Program-made: the position numbers and the translations under genes
Part shown: positions 1 to 15,000 of the stretch, one piece after another
Position numbering within the stretch: position 1 is the first letter of the stretch
Layout of the letters: every line of letters starts with the position of its first letter
The notes under the pieces: model-generated
What the model was told of the DNA's origin: nothing
The model's database searches: none
What the model saw: only the letters and a program-made list of their open reading frames with translations
Assembly (NCBI GenBank): GCA_964016885.1
Contig: OZ024741.1
Span: forward strand, 11,842,001 to 11,906,000
Direction: 5' to 3'
DNA from: Eledone cirrhosa
Lineage: Eukaryota
Length of the DNA: 64,000 nucleotides

Positions 1-3000
1 TGTCTCTGTGTCACTATATGTATGTCTCTGTGTCACTATATGTATTTGTCTGTGTCACTATATGTATGTGTCTGTGTCACTATATGTATGTGTCTGTGTC
101 ACTATATGTATGTGTATGTGTCACTATATGTATGTGTCTGTGTCACTGTATGTATGTGTCTGTGTCACTCTATGTATGTGTCTCTGTCACTATATGTATG
201 TGTTTGTGTCTGTGTCACTATATGTATGTGTCTGTGTCACTATATGTATGTGTCTGTGTCACTATATGTATGTGTCTTTGTCACTATATGTATGTGTCTG
301 TGTCACTATATGTATGTGTCTGTGTCACTATATGTATGTCTCTGTGTCACTATATGTATGTCTCTGTGTCCCTATATGTATGTGTATGTGTCACTATATG
401 TATGTGTCCGTGGCACTATATGTATGTGTCTGTGTCACTATATGTATGTGTCTGTGTCACTATATGTATGTGTCTGTGTCACTATATGTATGTGTCTGTG
501 TCACTATATGTATGTTTCTGTGTCACTATATGTATGTGTCTATGTCACTATATGTATGTGTCTGTGTCACTATATGTATGTGTCTGTGTCACTGTATGTA
601 TGTGTCTGTGTCACTATATGTATGTGTCTGTGTCACTATATGTATGTGTCTGTGTCACTATATGTATGTGTCTGTGTCACTATATGTATGTGTCTGTGTC
701 ACTGTATGTATGTGTCTGTGTCACTATATGTATGTGTCTGTATCACTATATGTATGTGTCTGTGTCACTGTATGTATGTGTCTGTGTCACTATATGTATG
801 TCTCTGTGTCACTATATGTATGTGTCTGTGTCACTATATGTATGTGTCTCTGTCACTATATGTATGTGTCTCTGTCACTATATGTATGTGTCTTTGTCAC
901 TATATGTATGTCTCTGTGTCACTATATGTATGTCTCTGTGTCACTATATGTATGTGTCTGTGTCACTATATGTATGTGTCTGTGTCACTATATGTATGTG
1001 TCTGTGTCACTGTATGTATGTGTCTGTGTCACTATATGTATGTGTCTGTGTCACTATATGTATTTGTCTGTGTCACTATATGTATGTGTCTGTGTCACTA
1101 TATGTATGTGTCTGTGTCACTATATGTTTGTGTCTGTGTCACTATATGTATGTCTCTGTGTCACTATATCTATGTGTCTGTGTCACTGTATGTATGTGTC
1201 TGTGTCACTATATGTATGTGTCTGTATCACTATATGTATGTGTCTGTGTCACTGTATGTATGTGTCTGTGTCACTATATGTATGTGTCTGTGTCACTATA
1301 TGTATGTCTCTGTGTCACTATATCTATGTGTCTGTGTCACTGTATGTATGTGTCTGTGTCACTATATGTATGTGTCTGTATCACTATATGTATGTGTCTG
1401 TGTCACTGTATGTATGTGTCTGTGTCACTATATGTATGTCTCTGTGTCACTATATGTATGTGTCTGTGTCACTATATGTATGTCTCTGTGTCACTATATG
1501 TATGTGTCTGTGTCACTATATGTATGTGACTGTGTCACTATATGTATGTGTCTGTGTCGCTATATGTATGTGTCTGTGTCACTATATGTATGTGTCTGTG
1601 TCACTGTATGTATGTGTCTGTGTCACTATATGTTTGTGTCTGTGTCACTATATATATGTGTCTGTGTCATTATATGTATGTCTCGGTGTCACTATATGTA
1701 TGTGTCTGTGTCACTATATATATGTGTCTGTGTCACTATATGTATGTGTCTGTGTCACTATATGTATGTCTCTGTGTCACTATATGTATGTCTCTGTGTC
1801 ACTGTATGTATGTGTCTGTGTCACTATATGTATGTGTCTGTGTCACTATATGTATGTGTCTGTGTCATTATATGTATGTGTCTGTGTCACTATATGTATG
1901 TGTCTGTGTCACTATATGTATGTGTCTGTGTCACTATATGTATGTGTCTGTGTCACTATATGTATCTGTCTGTGTCACTATATGTATGTCTCTGTATCAC
2001 TATATGTATGTGTCTGTGTCACTGTATGTATGTGTCTGTGTCACTATATGTATGTGTCTGTGTCACTATATGTATGTGTCTGTGTCACTATATGTATGTG
2101 TCTGTGTCACTATATGTATGTGTCTGTGTCACTATATATATGTGTCTGTGTCACTATATGTATGTGTCTGTGTCACTATATGTATGTGTCTGTGTCACTG
2201 TATGTATGTGTCTGTGTCACTATATGTATGTGTCTGTGTCACTGTATGTATGTGTCTGTGTCACTATATGTATGTGTCTGTGTCACTATATGTATGTCTC
2301 TGTGTCACTATATGTATGTGTCTGTGTCACTGTATGTATGTGTCTGTGTCACTATATGTATGTGTCTGTGTCACTATATGTATGTCTCTGTGTCACTATA
2401 TGTATGTGTCTGTGTCACTATATGTATGTGTCTGTGTCACTATATGTATGTGTCTGTGTCACTGTATGTATGTGTCTGTGTCACTATATGTATATGTCTG
2501 TGTCACTGTATGTATGTGTCTGTGTCACTATATGTATGTGTCTGTGTCATAGTATGTATGTGTCTGTGTCACTATATGTATGTGTCTGTGTCACTATATG
2601 TATGTGTCTGTGTCACAGTATGTATGTGTCTGTGTCACTATATGTATCTGTCTGTGTCACTATATGTATGTGTCTGTGTCACTATATGTTTGTGTCTGTG
2701 TCACTATATGTATGTGTCTGTGTCACTATATGTATGTGTCTGTGTCACTATATGTATGTGTCTGTGTCACTATATGTATGTGTCTGTGTCACTATATGTA
2801 TGTGTCTGTGTCACAGTATGTATGTGTCTGTGTCACTATATGTATGTGTCTGTGTCACTATATGTATGTGTCTGTGTCACTATATGTATGTGTCTGTGTC
2901 ACAGTATGTATGTGTCTGTGTCACTATATGTATGTGTCTGTGTCACTATATGTATGTCTCTGTGTCACTATATGTATGTGTCTGTGTCACTGTATGTATG

Positions 3001-6000
3001 TGTCTGTGTCACTATATGTATGTGTCTGTGTCACTGTATGTATGTGTCTGTGTTACTATATGTATGTGTCTGTGTCACTATATGTATGTGTCTGTGTCAC
3101 TATATGTATGTCTCTGTGTCACTATATGTATGTGTCTGTGTCAATATATGTATGTCTCTGTGTCACTATATGTATGTGTCTGTGTCACTATATGTATGTG
3201 TCTGTGTCACTGTATGTATGTGTCTGTGTCACTATATGTATGTGTCTGTGTCACTGTATGTATGTGTCTGTGTCACTATATGTATGTGTCTGTGTCACTA
3301 TATGTATGTCTCTGTGTCACTATATGTATGTGTCTGTGTCACTATATGTATGTGTCTGTGTCACTGTATGTATGGGTCTGTGTCACTATATGTATGTGTC
3401 TGTGTCACTATATGTATGTGTCTGTGTCACTATATGTATGTGTCTGGGTCACTGTATGTATGTGTCTGTGTCACTATATGTATGTGTCTGTGTCACTATA
3501 TGTATTTGTCTGTGTCACTGTATGTATGTGTCTGTGTCACTATATGTATGTGTCTGTGTCACTATATGTATGTCTCTGTGTCACTATATGTATGTGTCTG
3601 TGTCACTATATGTATGTGTCTGTGTCACTGTATGTATGTCTCTGTGTCACTATATGTATGTGTCTGTGTCACTATATGTATGTGTCTGTGTCACTGTATG
3701 TATGTCTCTGTGTCACTATATGTATGTGTCTGTGTCACTATATGTATGTGTCTGTGTCACTATATGTATGTGTCTGTGTCACTGTATGTATGTGTCTGTG
3801 TCACTATATGTATGTGTCTGTGTCACTGTATGTATGTCTCTGTGTCACTATATGTATGTGTCTGTGTCACTATATGTATGTGTCTGTGTCACTATATGTA
3901 TGTGTCTGTGTCACTGTATGTATGTGTCTGTGTCACTATATGTATGTGTCTGTGTCACTATATGTATTTGTCTGTGTCACTATATGTATGTGTCTGTGTC
4001 ACTATATGTATGTGTCTGTGTCACTATATGTATGTCTGTGTCACTATATGTATGTCTCTGTGTCACTATATGTATGTGTCTGTGTCACTGTATGTATGTG
4101 TCTGTGTCACTAAATGTATGTGTCTGTATCACTATATGTATGTGTCTGTGTCACTGTATGTATGTGTCTGTGTCACTATATGTATGTCTCTGTGTCACTA
4201 TATGTATGTGTCTGTGTCACTATATGTATGTCTCTGTGTCACTATATGTATGTGTCTGTGTCACTATATGTATGTGACTGTGTCACTATATGTATGTGTC
4301 TGTGTCGCTATATGTATGTGTCTGTGTCACTATATGTATGTGTCTGTGTCACTGTATGTATGTGTCTGTGTCACTATATGTTTGTGTCTGTGTCACTATA
4401 TGTATGTCTCGGTGTCACTATATATATGTGTCTGTGTCACTATATATATGTGTCTGTGTCACTATATGTATGTGTCTGTGTCACTATATGTATGTCTCTG
4501 TGTCACTATATGTATGTCTCTGTGTCACTGTATGTATGTGTCTGTGTCACTATATGTATGTGTCTGTGTCACTATATGTATGTGTCTGTGTCATTATATG
4601 TATGTGTCTGTGTCACTATATGTATGTGTCTGTGTCACTATATGTATGTGTCTGTGTCACTATATGTATGTGTCTGTGTCACTATATGTATCTGTCTATG
4701 TCACTATATGTATGTCTCTGTATCACTATATGTATGTGTCTGTGTCACTGTATGTATGTGTCTGTGTCACTATATGTATGTGTCTGTGTCACTATATGTA
4801 TGTGTCTGTGTCACTATATGTATGTGTCTGTGTCACTATATGTATGTGTCTGTGTCACTATATATATGTGTCTGTGTCACTATATGTATGTGTCTGTGTC
4901 ACTATATGTATGTGTCTGTGTCACTGTATGTATGTGTCTGTGTCACTATATGTATGTGTCTGTGTCACTGTATGTATGTGTCTGTGTCACTATATGTATG
5001 TGTCTGTGTCACTATATGTATGTCTCTGTGTCACTATATGTATGTGTCTGTGTCACTGTATGTATGTGTCTGTGTCACTATATGTATGTGTCTGTGTCAC
5101 TATATGTATGTCTCTGTGTCACTATATGTATGTGTCTGTGTCATTATATGTATGTGTCTGTGTCACTATATGTATGTGTCTGTGTCACTGTATGTATGTG
5201 TCTGTGTCACTATATGTATGTGTCTGTGTCACTGTATGTATGTGTCTGTGTCACTATATGTATGTGTCTGTGTCATAGTATGTATGTGTCTGTGTCACTA
5301 TATGTATGTGTCTGTGTCACTGTATGTATGTGTCTGTGTCACTATATGTATGTGTCTGTGTCACTGTATGTATGTGTCTGTGTTACTATATGTATGTGTC
5401 TGTGTCACTATATGTATGTGTCTGTGTCACTATATGTATGTCTCTGTGTCACTATATGTATGTGTCTGTATCACTATATGTATGTCTCTGTGTCACTATA
5501 TGTATGTGTCTGTGTCACTATATGTATGTGTCTGTGTCACTGTATGTATGTGTCTGTGTCACTATATGTATGTGTCTGTGTCACTGTATGTATGTGTCTG
5601 TGTCACTATATGTATGTGTCTGTGTCACTATATGTATGTCTCTGTGTCACTATATGTATGTGTCTGTATCACTATATGTATGTCTCTGTGTCACTATATG
5701 TATGTGTCTGTGTCACTATATATATGTGTCTGTGTCACTATATGTATGTGTCTGTGTCACTATATGTATGTGTCTGTGTCACTGTATGTATGTGTCTGTG
5801 TCACTATATGTATGTGTCTGTGTCACTGTATGTATGTGTCTGTGTCACTATATGTATGTGTCTGTGTCACTATATGTATGTCTCTGTGTCACTATATGTA
5901 TGTGTCTGTGTCACTGTATGTATGTGTCTGTGTCACTATATGTATGTGTCTGTGTCACTATATGTATGTCTCTGTGTCACTATATGTATGTGTCTGTGTC

Positions 6001-9000
6001 ATTATATGTATGTGTCTGTGTCACTATATGTATGTGTCTGTGTCACTGTATGTATGTGTCTGTGTCACTATATGTATGTGTCTGTGTCACTGTATGTATG
6101 TGTCTGTGTCACTATATGTATGTGTCTGTGTCATAGTATGTATGTGTCTGTGTCACTATATGTATGTGTCTGTGTCACTATATGTATGTGTCTGCGTCAC
6201 AGTATGTATGTGTCTGTGTCACTATATGTATCTGTCTGTGTCACTATATGTATGTGTCTGTGTCACTATATGTTTGTGTCTGTGTCACTATATGTATGTG
6301 TCTGTGTCACTATATGTATGTGTCTGTGTCACTATATGTATGTGTCTGTGTCACTATATGTATGTGTCTGTGTCACTATATGTATGTGTCTGTGTCACAG
6401 TATGTATGTGTCTGTGTCACTATATGTATGTGTCTGTGTCACTATATGTATGTGTCTGTGTCACAGTATGTATGTGTCTGTGTCACTATATGTATGTGTC
6501 TGTGTCACTATATGTATGTCTCTGTGTCACTATATGTATGTGTCTGTGTCACTGTATGTATGTGTCTGTGTCACTATATGTATGTGTCTGTGTCACTGTA
6601 TGTATGTGTCTGTGTTACTATATGTATGTGTCTGTGTCACTATATGTATGTGTCTGTGTCACTATATGTATGTCTCTGTGTCACTATATGTATGTGTCTG
6701 TATCACTATATGTATGTCTCTGTGTCACTATATGTATGTGTCTGTGTCACTATATGTATGTGTCTGTGTCACTGTATGTATGTGTCTGTGTCACTATATG
6801 TATGTGTCTGTGTCACTGTATGTATGTGTCTGTGTCACTATATGTATGTGTCTGTGTCACTATATGTATGTCTCTGTGTCACTATATGTATGTGTCTGTG
6901 TCACTATATGAATGTGTCTGTGTCACTGTATGTATGGGTCTGTGTCACTATATGTATGTGTCTGTGTCACTATATGTATGTGTCTGTGTCACTATATGTA
7001 TGTGTCTGTGTCACTATATGTATGTGTCTGTGTCACTATATGTATGTGTCTGTGTCACAGTATGTATGTGTCTGTGTCACTATATGTATGTGTCTGTGTC
7101 ACTATATGTATGTGTCTGTGTCACAGTATGTATGTGTCTGTGTCACTATATGTATCTGTCTGTGTCACTATATGTATGTGTCTGTGTCACTATATGTTTG
7201 TGTCTGTGTCACTATATGTATGTGTCTGTGTCACTATATCTTTGTGTCTGTGTCACTATATGTATGTCTCTGTGTCGCTATATGTATGTGTCTGTGTCAC
7301 TATATGTATGTGTATGTGTCACTATATGTATGTGTCTGTGTCACTATATGTATGTGTCTGTGTCACTATATGTATGTGTCTGTGTCACTATATGTATGTG
7401 TCTGTGTCACTATATGTATGTCTCTGTGTCACTGTATGTTTGTGTCTCTGTCACCATATGTATGTGTCTGTGTCACTATATGTATGTGTCTGTGTCACTA
7501 TATGTATGTGTCTGTGTCACTATATGTATGTGTCTGTGTCACTATATGTATGTGTCTGTGTCACTATATGTATGTCTCTGTGTCACTATATGTATGTGTC
7601 TGTGTCACTGTATGTATGTGTCTGTGTCACTATATGTATGTGTCTGTGTCACTATATGTATGTGTCTGTGTCACTATATGTATGTGTCTGTGTCACTATA
7701 TGTATGTGTCTGTGTCACTGTATGTATCTGCCTGTGTCACTATATGTATGTCTCTGTGTCACTATATGTATGTGTCTGTGTCACTATATGTTTGTGTCTG
7801 TGTCAGAATATGTATGTGTCTGTGTCACTATATGTATGTGTCTGTGTCACTATATGTATGTCTCTGTGTCACTATATGTATGTGTCTGTGTCACTATATG
7901 TATGTGTCTGTGTCACTATATGTTTGTGTCTGTGTCACTGTATGTATGTGTCTGTGTCACTATATGTATGTGTCTGTGTCACTATATGTATGTCTCTGTG
8001 TCACTATATGTATGTGTCTGTGTCACTATATGTATGTCTCTGTGTCACTATGTGTATGTGTCTGTGTCACTATATGTATGTGTCTGTGTCAGAATATGTA
8101 TGTGTCTGTGTCACTATATGTATGTGTCTGTGTCACTATATGTATGTGTCTGTGTCACTATATGTTTGTGTCTGTGTCACTATATGTATGTCTCTGTGTC
8201 ACTATGTGTATGTCTCTGTGTCACTATATGTATGTGTCTGTGTCACAGTATGTATGTGTCTGTGTCACTATATGTATGTGTCTGTGTCACTATATGTATG
8301 TGTCTGTGTCACTATATGTATGTCTCTGTGTCACTGTATGTATGTGTCTGTGTCACTATATGTATGTCTCTGTGTCACTGTATGTATCTGTCTGTGTCAC
8401 TATATGTTTGTGTCTGTGTCACTATATGTATGTGTCTGTGTCACTATCTGTATGTCTCTGTGTCACTATGTGTATGTGTCTGTGTCACTATATGTATGTG
8501 TCTGTGTCAGAATATGTATGTGTCTGTGTCACTATATGTATGTGTCTGTGTCACTATATGTATGTGTCTGTGTCACTATATGTTTGTGTCTGTGTCACTA
8601 TATGTATGTCTCTGTGTCACTATGTGTATGTCTCTGTGTCACTATATGTATGTGTCTGTGTCACTATATGTATGTGTCTGTGTCACTATATGTATGTGTC
8701 TGTGTCACTATATGTATGTCTCTGTGTCACTGTATGTTTGTGTCTGTGTCACTATATGTATCTGTCTGTGTCACTATATGTATGTGTCTGTGTCACTATA
8801 TGTATGTGTCTGTGTCACTATATGTTTGTGTCTGTGTCACTATATGTATGTGTCTGTGTCACTATATGTATGTCTCTGTGTCACTATATGTATGTGTCTG
8901 TGTCACTGTATGTATGTGTCTGTGTCACTATATGTATGTGTCTGTGTCACTATATGTATGTGTCTGTGTCACTATATGTATGTGTCTGTGTCACTATATG

Positions 9001-12000
9001 TATGTGTCTGTGTCACTGTATGTATGTGTCTGTGTCACTATATGTATGTGTCTGTGTCACTATATGTATGTGTCTGTGTCACTATATGTATGTGTTTGTG
9101 TCACTATATGTATGTCTCTGTGTCACTGTATGTTTGTGTCTGTGTCACTATATGTATCTGTCTGTGTCACTATATGTATTTGTCTGTGTCACTATATGTA
9201 TGTGTCTGTGTCACTATATGTTTGTGTCTGTGTCACTATATGTATGTGTCTGTGTCACTATCTGTATGTCTCTGTGTCACTATGTGTATGTGTCTGTGTC
9301 ACTAAATGTATGTGTCTGTGTCACTATATCTATGTGTCTGTGTCACTATATGTATGTGTCTGTGTCACTATATGTATGTGTCTGTTTCACTATATGTATG
9401 TGTCTGTGTCACTATATGTATGTGTCTGTGTCACTATATGTATGTGTCTGTGTCACTATATGTATGTGTCTGTGTCACTATATGTATGTGTCTGTCACTA
9501 TATGTATGTGTCTGTGTCACTATATGTATGTCTCTGTGTCACTATATGTATGTGTCTGTGTCACTATATGTATGTGTCTGTGTCACTATATGTATGTGTC
9601 TGTGTCACTATATGTATGTGTCTGTGTCACTATATGTATGTGTCTGTGTCACTATATGTTTGTGTCTGTGTCACTATATATATGTGTCTGTGTCACTATG
9701 TGTATGTCTCTGTGTCACTATATGTATGTGTGTCTGTGTCACTATATGTATGTGTCTGTGTCACTATATGTATGTGTCTGTGTCACTATATGTTTGTGTC
9801 TGTGTCACTATATGTATGTGTCTGTGTCACTATATGTACGTGTCTGTGTCACTATATGTATGTGTCTGTGTCACTATATGTATGTGTCTGTGTCACTATA
9901 TGTATGTCTCTGTGTCACTATATGTATGTGTCTGTGTCACTATATGTATGTGTCTGTGTCACTATATGTTTATCTCTGTGTTTCTATATGTATGTGTCTG
10001 TGTCACTATATGTATGTGTCTGTGTCACTGTATGTATGTGTCTGTGTCACTATATGTATCTGTCTGTGTCACTATATGTATGTGTCTGTGTCACTATATG
10101 TTTGTGTCTGTGTCACTATATGTATGTGTCTGTGTCACTATATGTATGTGTCTGTGTCACTATATGTATGTCTCTGTGTCACTATATGTATGTGTCTGTG
10201 TCACTATATGTATGTGTATGTGTCACTATATGTATGTGTCTGTGTCACTATATGTATGTGTCTGTGTCACTATATGTATGTGTCTGTGTCACTATATGTA
10301 TGTGTCTGTGTCACTATATGTATGTGTCTGTGTCACTATAAGTATGTGTATGTGTCACTATATGTATGTGTCTGTGGCACTATATGTATGTTTCTGTGTC
10401 ACTATATGTATGTGTCTGTGTCACTATATATATGTGTCTGTGTCACTAAATGTATGTGTCTGTGTCACTATATGTATGTCTCTGTGTCACTGTATGTTTG
10501 TGTCTCTGTCACCATATGTATGTGTCTGTGTCACTATATGTATGTGTCTGTGTCACTATATGTATGTGTCTGTGTCACTATATGTATGTGTCTGTGTCAC
10601 TATATGTATGTGTCTGTGTCACTATATGTATGTGTCTGTGTCACTATATGTATGTGTCTGTGTCACTATATGTATGTGTCTGTGTCACTATATGTATGTG
10701 TCTGTGTCACAGTATGTATGTGTCTGTGTCACTATATGTATCTGTCTGTGTCACTATATGTATGTGTCTGTGTCACTATATGTATGTCTCCGTGTCACTG
10801 TATGTTTGTGTCTGTGTCACTATATGTATGTCTCTGTGTCACTGTATGTATCTGTCTGTGTCACAATATGTATGTGTCTGTGTCACTATATGTATGTGTC
10901 TGTGTCACTATATGTTTGTGTCTGTGTCACTATATGTATGTGTCTGTGTCACTATATGTATGTCTCTGTGTCACTATGTGTATGTGTCTGTGTCACTATA
11001 TGTATGTGTCTGTGTCAGAATATGTATGTGTCTGTGTCACTATATGTATGTGTCTGTGTCACTATATGTATGTGTCTGTGTCACTATATGTTTGTGTCTG
11101 TGTCACTATATGTATGTGTCTGTGTCACTATATGTATGTCTCTGTGTCACTATGTGTATGTGTCTGTGTCACTATATGTATGTGTCTGTGTCAGAATATG
11201 TATGTGTCTGTGTCACTATATGTATGTGTCTGTGTCACTATATGTATATGTCTGTGTCACTATATGTTTGTGTCTGTGTCACTATATGTATGTCTCTGTG
11301 TCACTATGTGTATGTCTCTGTGTCACTATATGTATGTGTCTGTGTCACTATATGTATGTGTCTGTGTCACTATATGTATGTGTTTGTGTCACTATATGTA
11401 TGTCTCTGTGTCACTGTATGTTTGTGTCTGTGTCACTATATGTATCTGTCTGTGTCACTATATGTATGTGTCTGTGTCACTATATGTATGTATCTGTGTC
11501 ACTATATGTTTGTGTCTGTGTCACTATATGTATGTGTCTGTGTCACTATCTGTATGTCTCTGTGTCACTATGTGTATGTGTCTGTGTCACTAAATGTATG
11601 TGTCTGTGTCACTATATCTATGTGTCTGTGTCACTATATGTATGTGTCTGTGTCACTATATGTATGTGTCTGTTTCACTATATGTATGTGTCTGTGTCAC
11701 TATATGTATGTGTCTGTGTCACTATATGTATGTGTCTGTGTCACTATATGTATGTGTCTGTGTCACTATATGTATGTGTCTGTCACTATATGTATGTGTC
11801 TGTGTCACTATATGTATGTCTCTGTGTCACTATATGTATGTGTCTGTGTCACTATATGTATGTGTCTGTGTCACTATATGTATGTGTCTGTGTCACTATA
11901 TGTATGTGTCTGTGTCACTATATGTATGTGTCTGTGTCACTATATGTTTGTGTCTGTGTCACTATATATATGTGTCTGTGTCACTATATGTATGTCTCTG

Positions 12001-15000
12001 TGTCACTATATGTATGTGTGTCTGTGTCACTATATGTATGTGTCTGTGTCACTATATGTATGTGTCTGTGTCACTATATGTTTGTGTCTGTGTCACTATA
12101 TGTATGTGTCTGTGTCACTATATGTACGTGTCTGTGTCACTATATGTATGTGTCTGTGTCACTATATGTATGTGTCTGTGTCACTATATGTATGTCTCTG
12201 TGTCACTATATGTATGTGTCTGTGTCACTATATGTATGTGTCTGTGTCACTATATGTTTATCTCTGTGTTTCTATATGTATGTGTCTGTGTCACTATATG
12301 TATGTGTCTGTGTCACTGTATGTATGTGTCTGTGTCACTATATGTATCTGTCTGTGTCACTATATGTATGTGTCTGTGTCACTATATGTTTGTGTCTGTG
12401 TCACTATATGTATGTGTCTGTGTCACTATATGTATGTGTCTGTGTCACTATATGTATGTCTCTGTGTCACTATATGTATGTGTCTGTGTCACTATATGTA
12501 TGTGTATGTGTCACTATATGTATGTGTCTGTGTCACTATATGTATGTGTCTGTGTCACTATATGTATGTGTCTGTGTCACTATATGTATGTGTCTGTGTC
12601 ACTATATGTATGTGTCTGTGTCACTATAAGTATGTGTATGTGTCACTATATGTATGTGTCTGTGGCACTATATGTATGTTTCTGTGTCACTATATGTATG
12701 TGTCTGTGTCACTATATATATGTGTCTGTGTCACTATATGTATGTGTCTGTGTCACTATATGTATGTCTCTGTGTCACTGTATGTTTGTGTCTCTGTCAC
12801 CATATGTATGTGTCTGTGTCACTATATGTATGTGTCTGTGTCACTATATGTATGTGTCTGTGTCACTATATGTATGTGTCTGTGTCACTATATGTATGTG
12901 TCTGTGTCACTATATGTATGTGTCTGTGTCACTATATGTATGTGTCTGTGTCACTATATGTATGTGTCTGTGTCACAGTATGTATGTGTCTGTGTCACTA
13001 TATGTATCTGTCTGTGTCACTATATGTATGTGTCTGTGTCACTATATGTATGTCTCCGTGTCACTGTATGTTTGTGTCTGTGTCACTATATGTATGTCTC
13101 TGTGTCACTGTATGTATCTGTCTGTGTCACTATATGTATGTGTCTGTGTCACTATATGTATGTGTCTGTGTCACTATATGTTTGTGTCTGTGTCACTATA
13201 TGTATGTGTCTGTGTCACTATATGTATGTCTCTGTGTCACTATGTGTATGTGTCTGTGTCACTATATGTATGTGTCTGTGTCAGAATATGTATGTGTCTG
13301 TGTCACTATATGTATGTGTCTGTGTCACTATATGTATGTGTCTGTGTCACTATATGTTTGTGTCTGTGTCACTATATGTATGTCTCTGTGTCACTATGTG
13401 TATGTCTCTGTGTCACTATATGTATGTGTCTGTGTCACAGTATGTATGTGTCTGTGTCACTATATGTATGTGTCTGTGTCACTATATGTATGTGTCTGTG
13501 TCACTATATGTATGTCTCTGTGTCACTGTATGTATGTGTCTGTGTCACTATATGTATGTCTCTGTGTCACTGTATGTATCTGTCTGTGTCACTATATGTT
13601 TGTGTCTGTGTCACTATATGTATGTGTCTGTGTCACTATCTGTATGTCTCTGTGTCACTATGTGTATGTGTCTGTGTCACTATATGTATGTGTCTGTGTC
13701 AGAATATGTATGTGTCTGTGTCACTATATGTATGTGTATGTGTCACTATATGTATGTGTCTGTGTCACTATATGTTTGTGTCTGTGTCACTATATGTATG
13801 TCTCTGTGTCACTATGTGTATGTCTCTGTGTCACTATATGTATGTGTCTGTGTCACTATATGTATGTGTCTGTGTCACTATATGTATGTGTCTGTGTCAC
13901 TATATGTATGTCTATGTGTCACTGTATGTTTGTGTCTGTGTCACTATATGTATCTGTCTGTGTCACTATATGTATGTGTCTGTGTCACTATATGTATGTG
14001 TCTGTGTCACTATATGTATGTCTCTGTGTCACTATATGTATGTGTCTGTGTCACTATATGTATGTCTCTGTGTCACTGTATGTTTGTGTCTGTGTCACTA
14101 TATGTATCTGTCTGTGTCACTATATGTATGTGTCTGTGTCACTATATGTATGTGTCTGTGTCACTATATGTATGTGTCTGTGTCACTATATGTATGTGTC
14201 TGTGTCACTATATGTATGTGTCTGTGTCACTATATGTATGTGTCTGTGTCACTATATGTATGTGTCTGTGTCACTATATGTATGTGTCTGTGTCACTATA
14301 TGTATGTCTCTGTGTCACTATATGTATGTGTCTGTGTCACTATATGTATGTGTCTGTGTCACTATATGTATGTGCCTGTGTCACTATATGTATGTGTCTG
14401 TGTCAGAATATGTATGTGTCTGTGTCACTATATGTATGTGTCTGTGTCACTATATGTATATGTCTGTGTCACTATATGTTTGTGTCTGTGTCACTATATG
14501 TATGTCTCTGTGTCACTATGTGTATGTCTCTGTGTCACTATATGTATGTGTCTGTGTCACTATATGTATGTGTCTGTGTCACTATATGTATGTGTTTGTG
14601 TCACTATATGTATGTCTCTGTGTCACTGTATGTTTGTGTCTGTGTCACTATATGTATCTGTCTGTGTCACTATATGTATGTGTCTGTGTCACTATATGTA
14701 TGTGTCTGTGTCACTATATGTTTGTGTCTGTGTCACTATATGTATGTGTCTGTGTCACTATCTGTATGTCTCTGTGTCACTATGTGTATGTGTCTGTGTC
14801 ACTAAATGTATGTGTCTGTGTCACTATATCTATGTGTCTGTGTCACTATATGTATGTGTCTGTGTCACTATATGTATGTGTCTGTTTCACTATATGTATG
14901 TGTCTGTGTCACTATATGTATGTGTCTGTGTCACTATATGTATGTGTCTGTGTCACTATATGTATGTGTCTGTGTCACTATATGTATGTGTCTGTCACTA

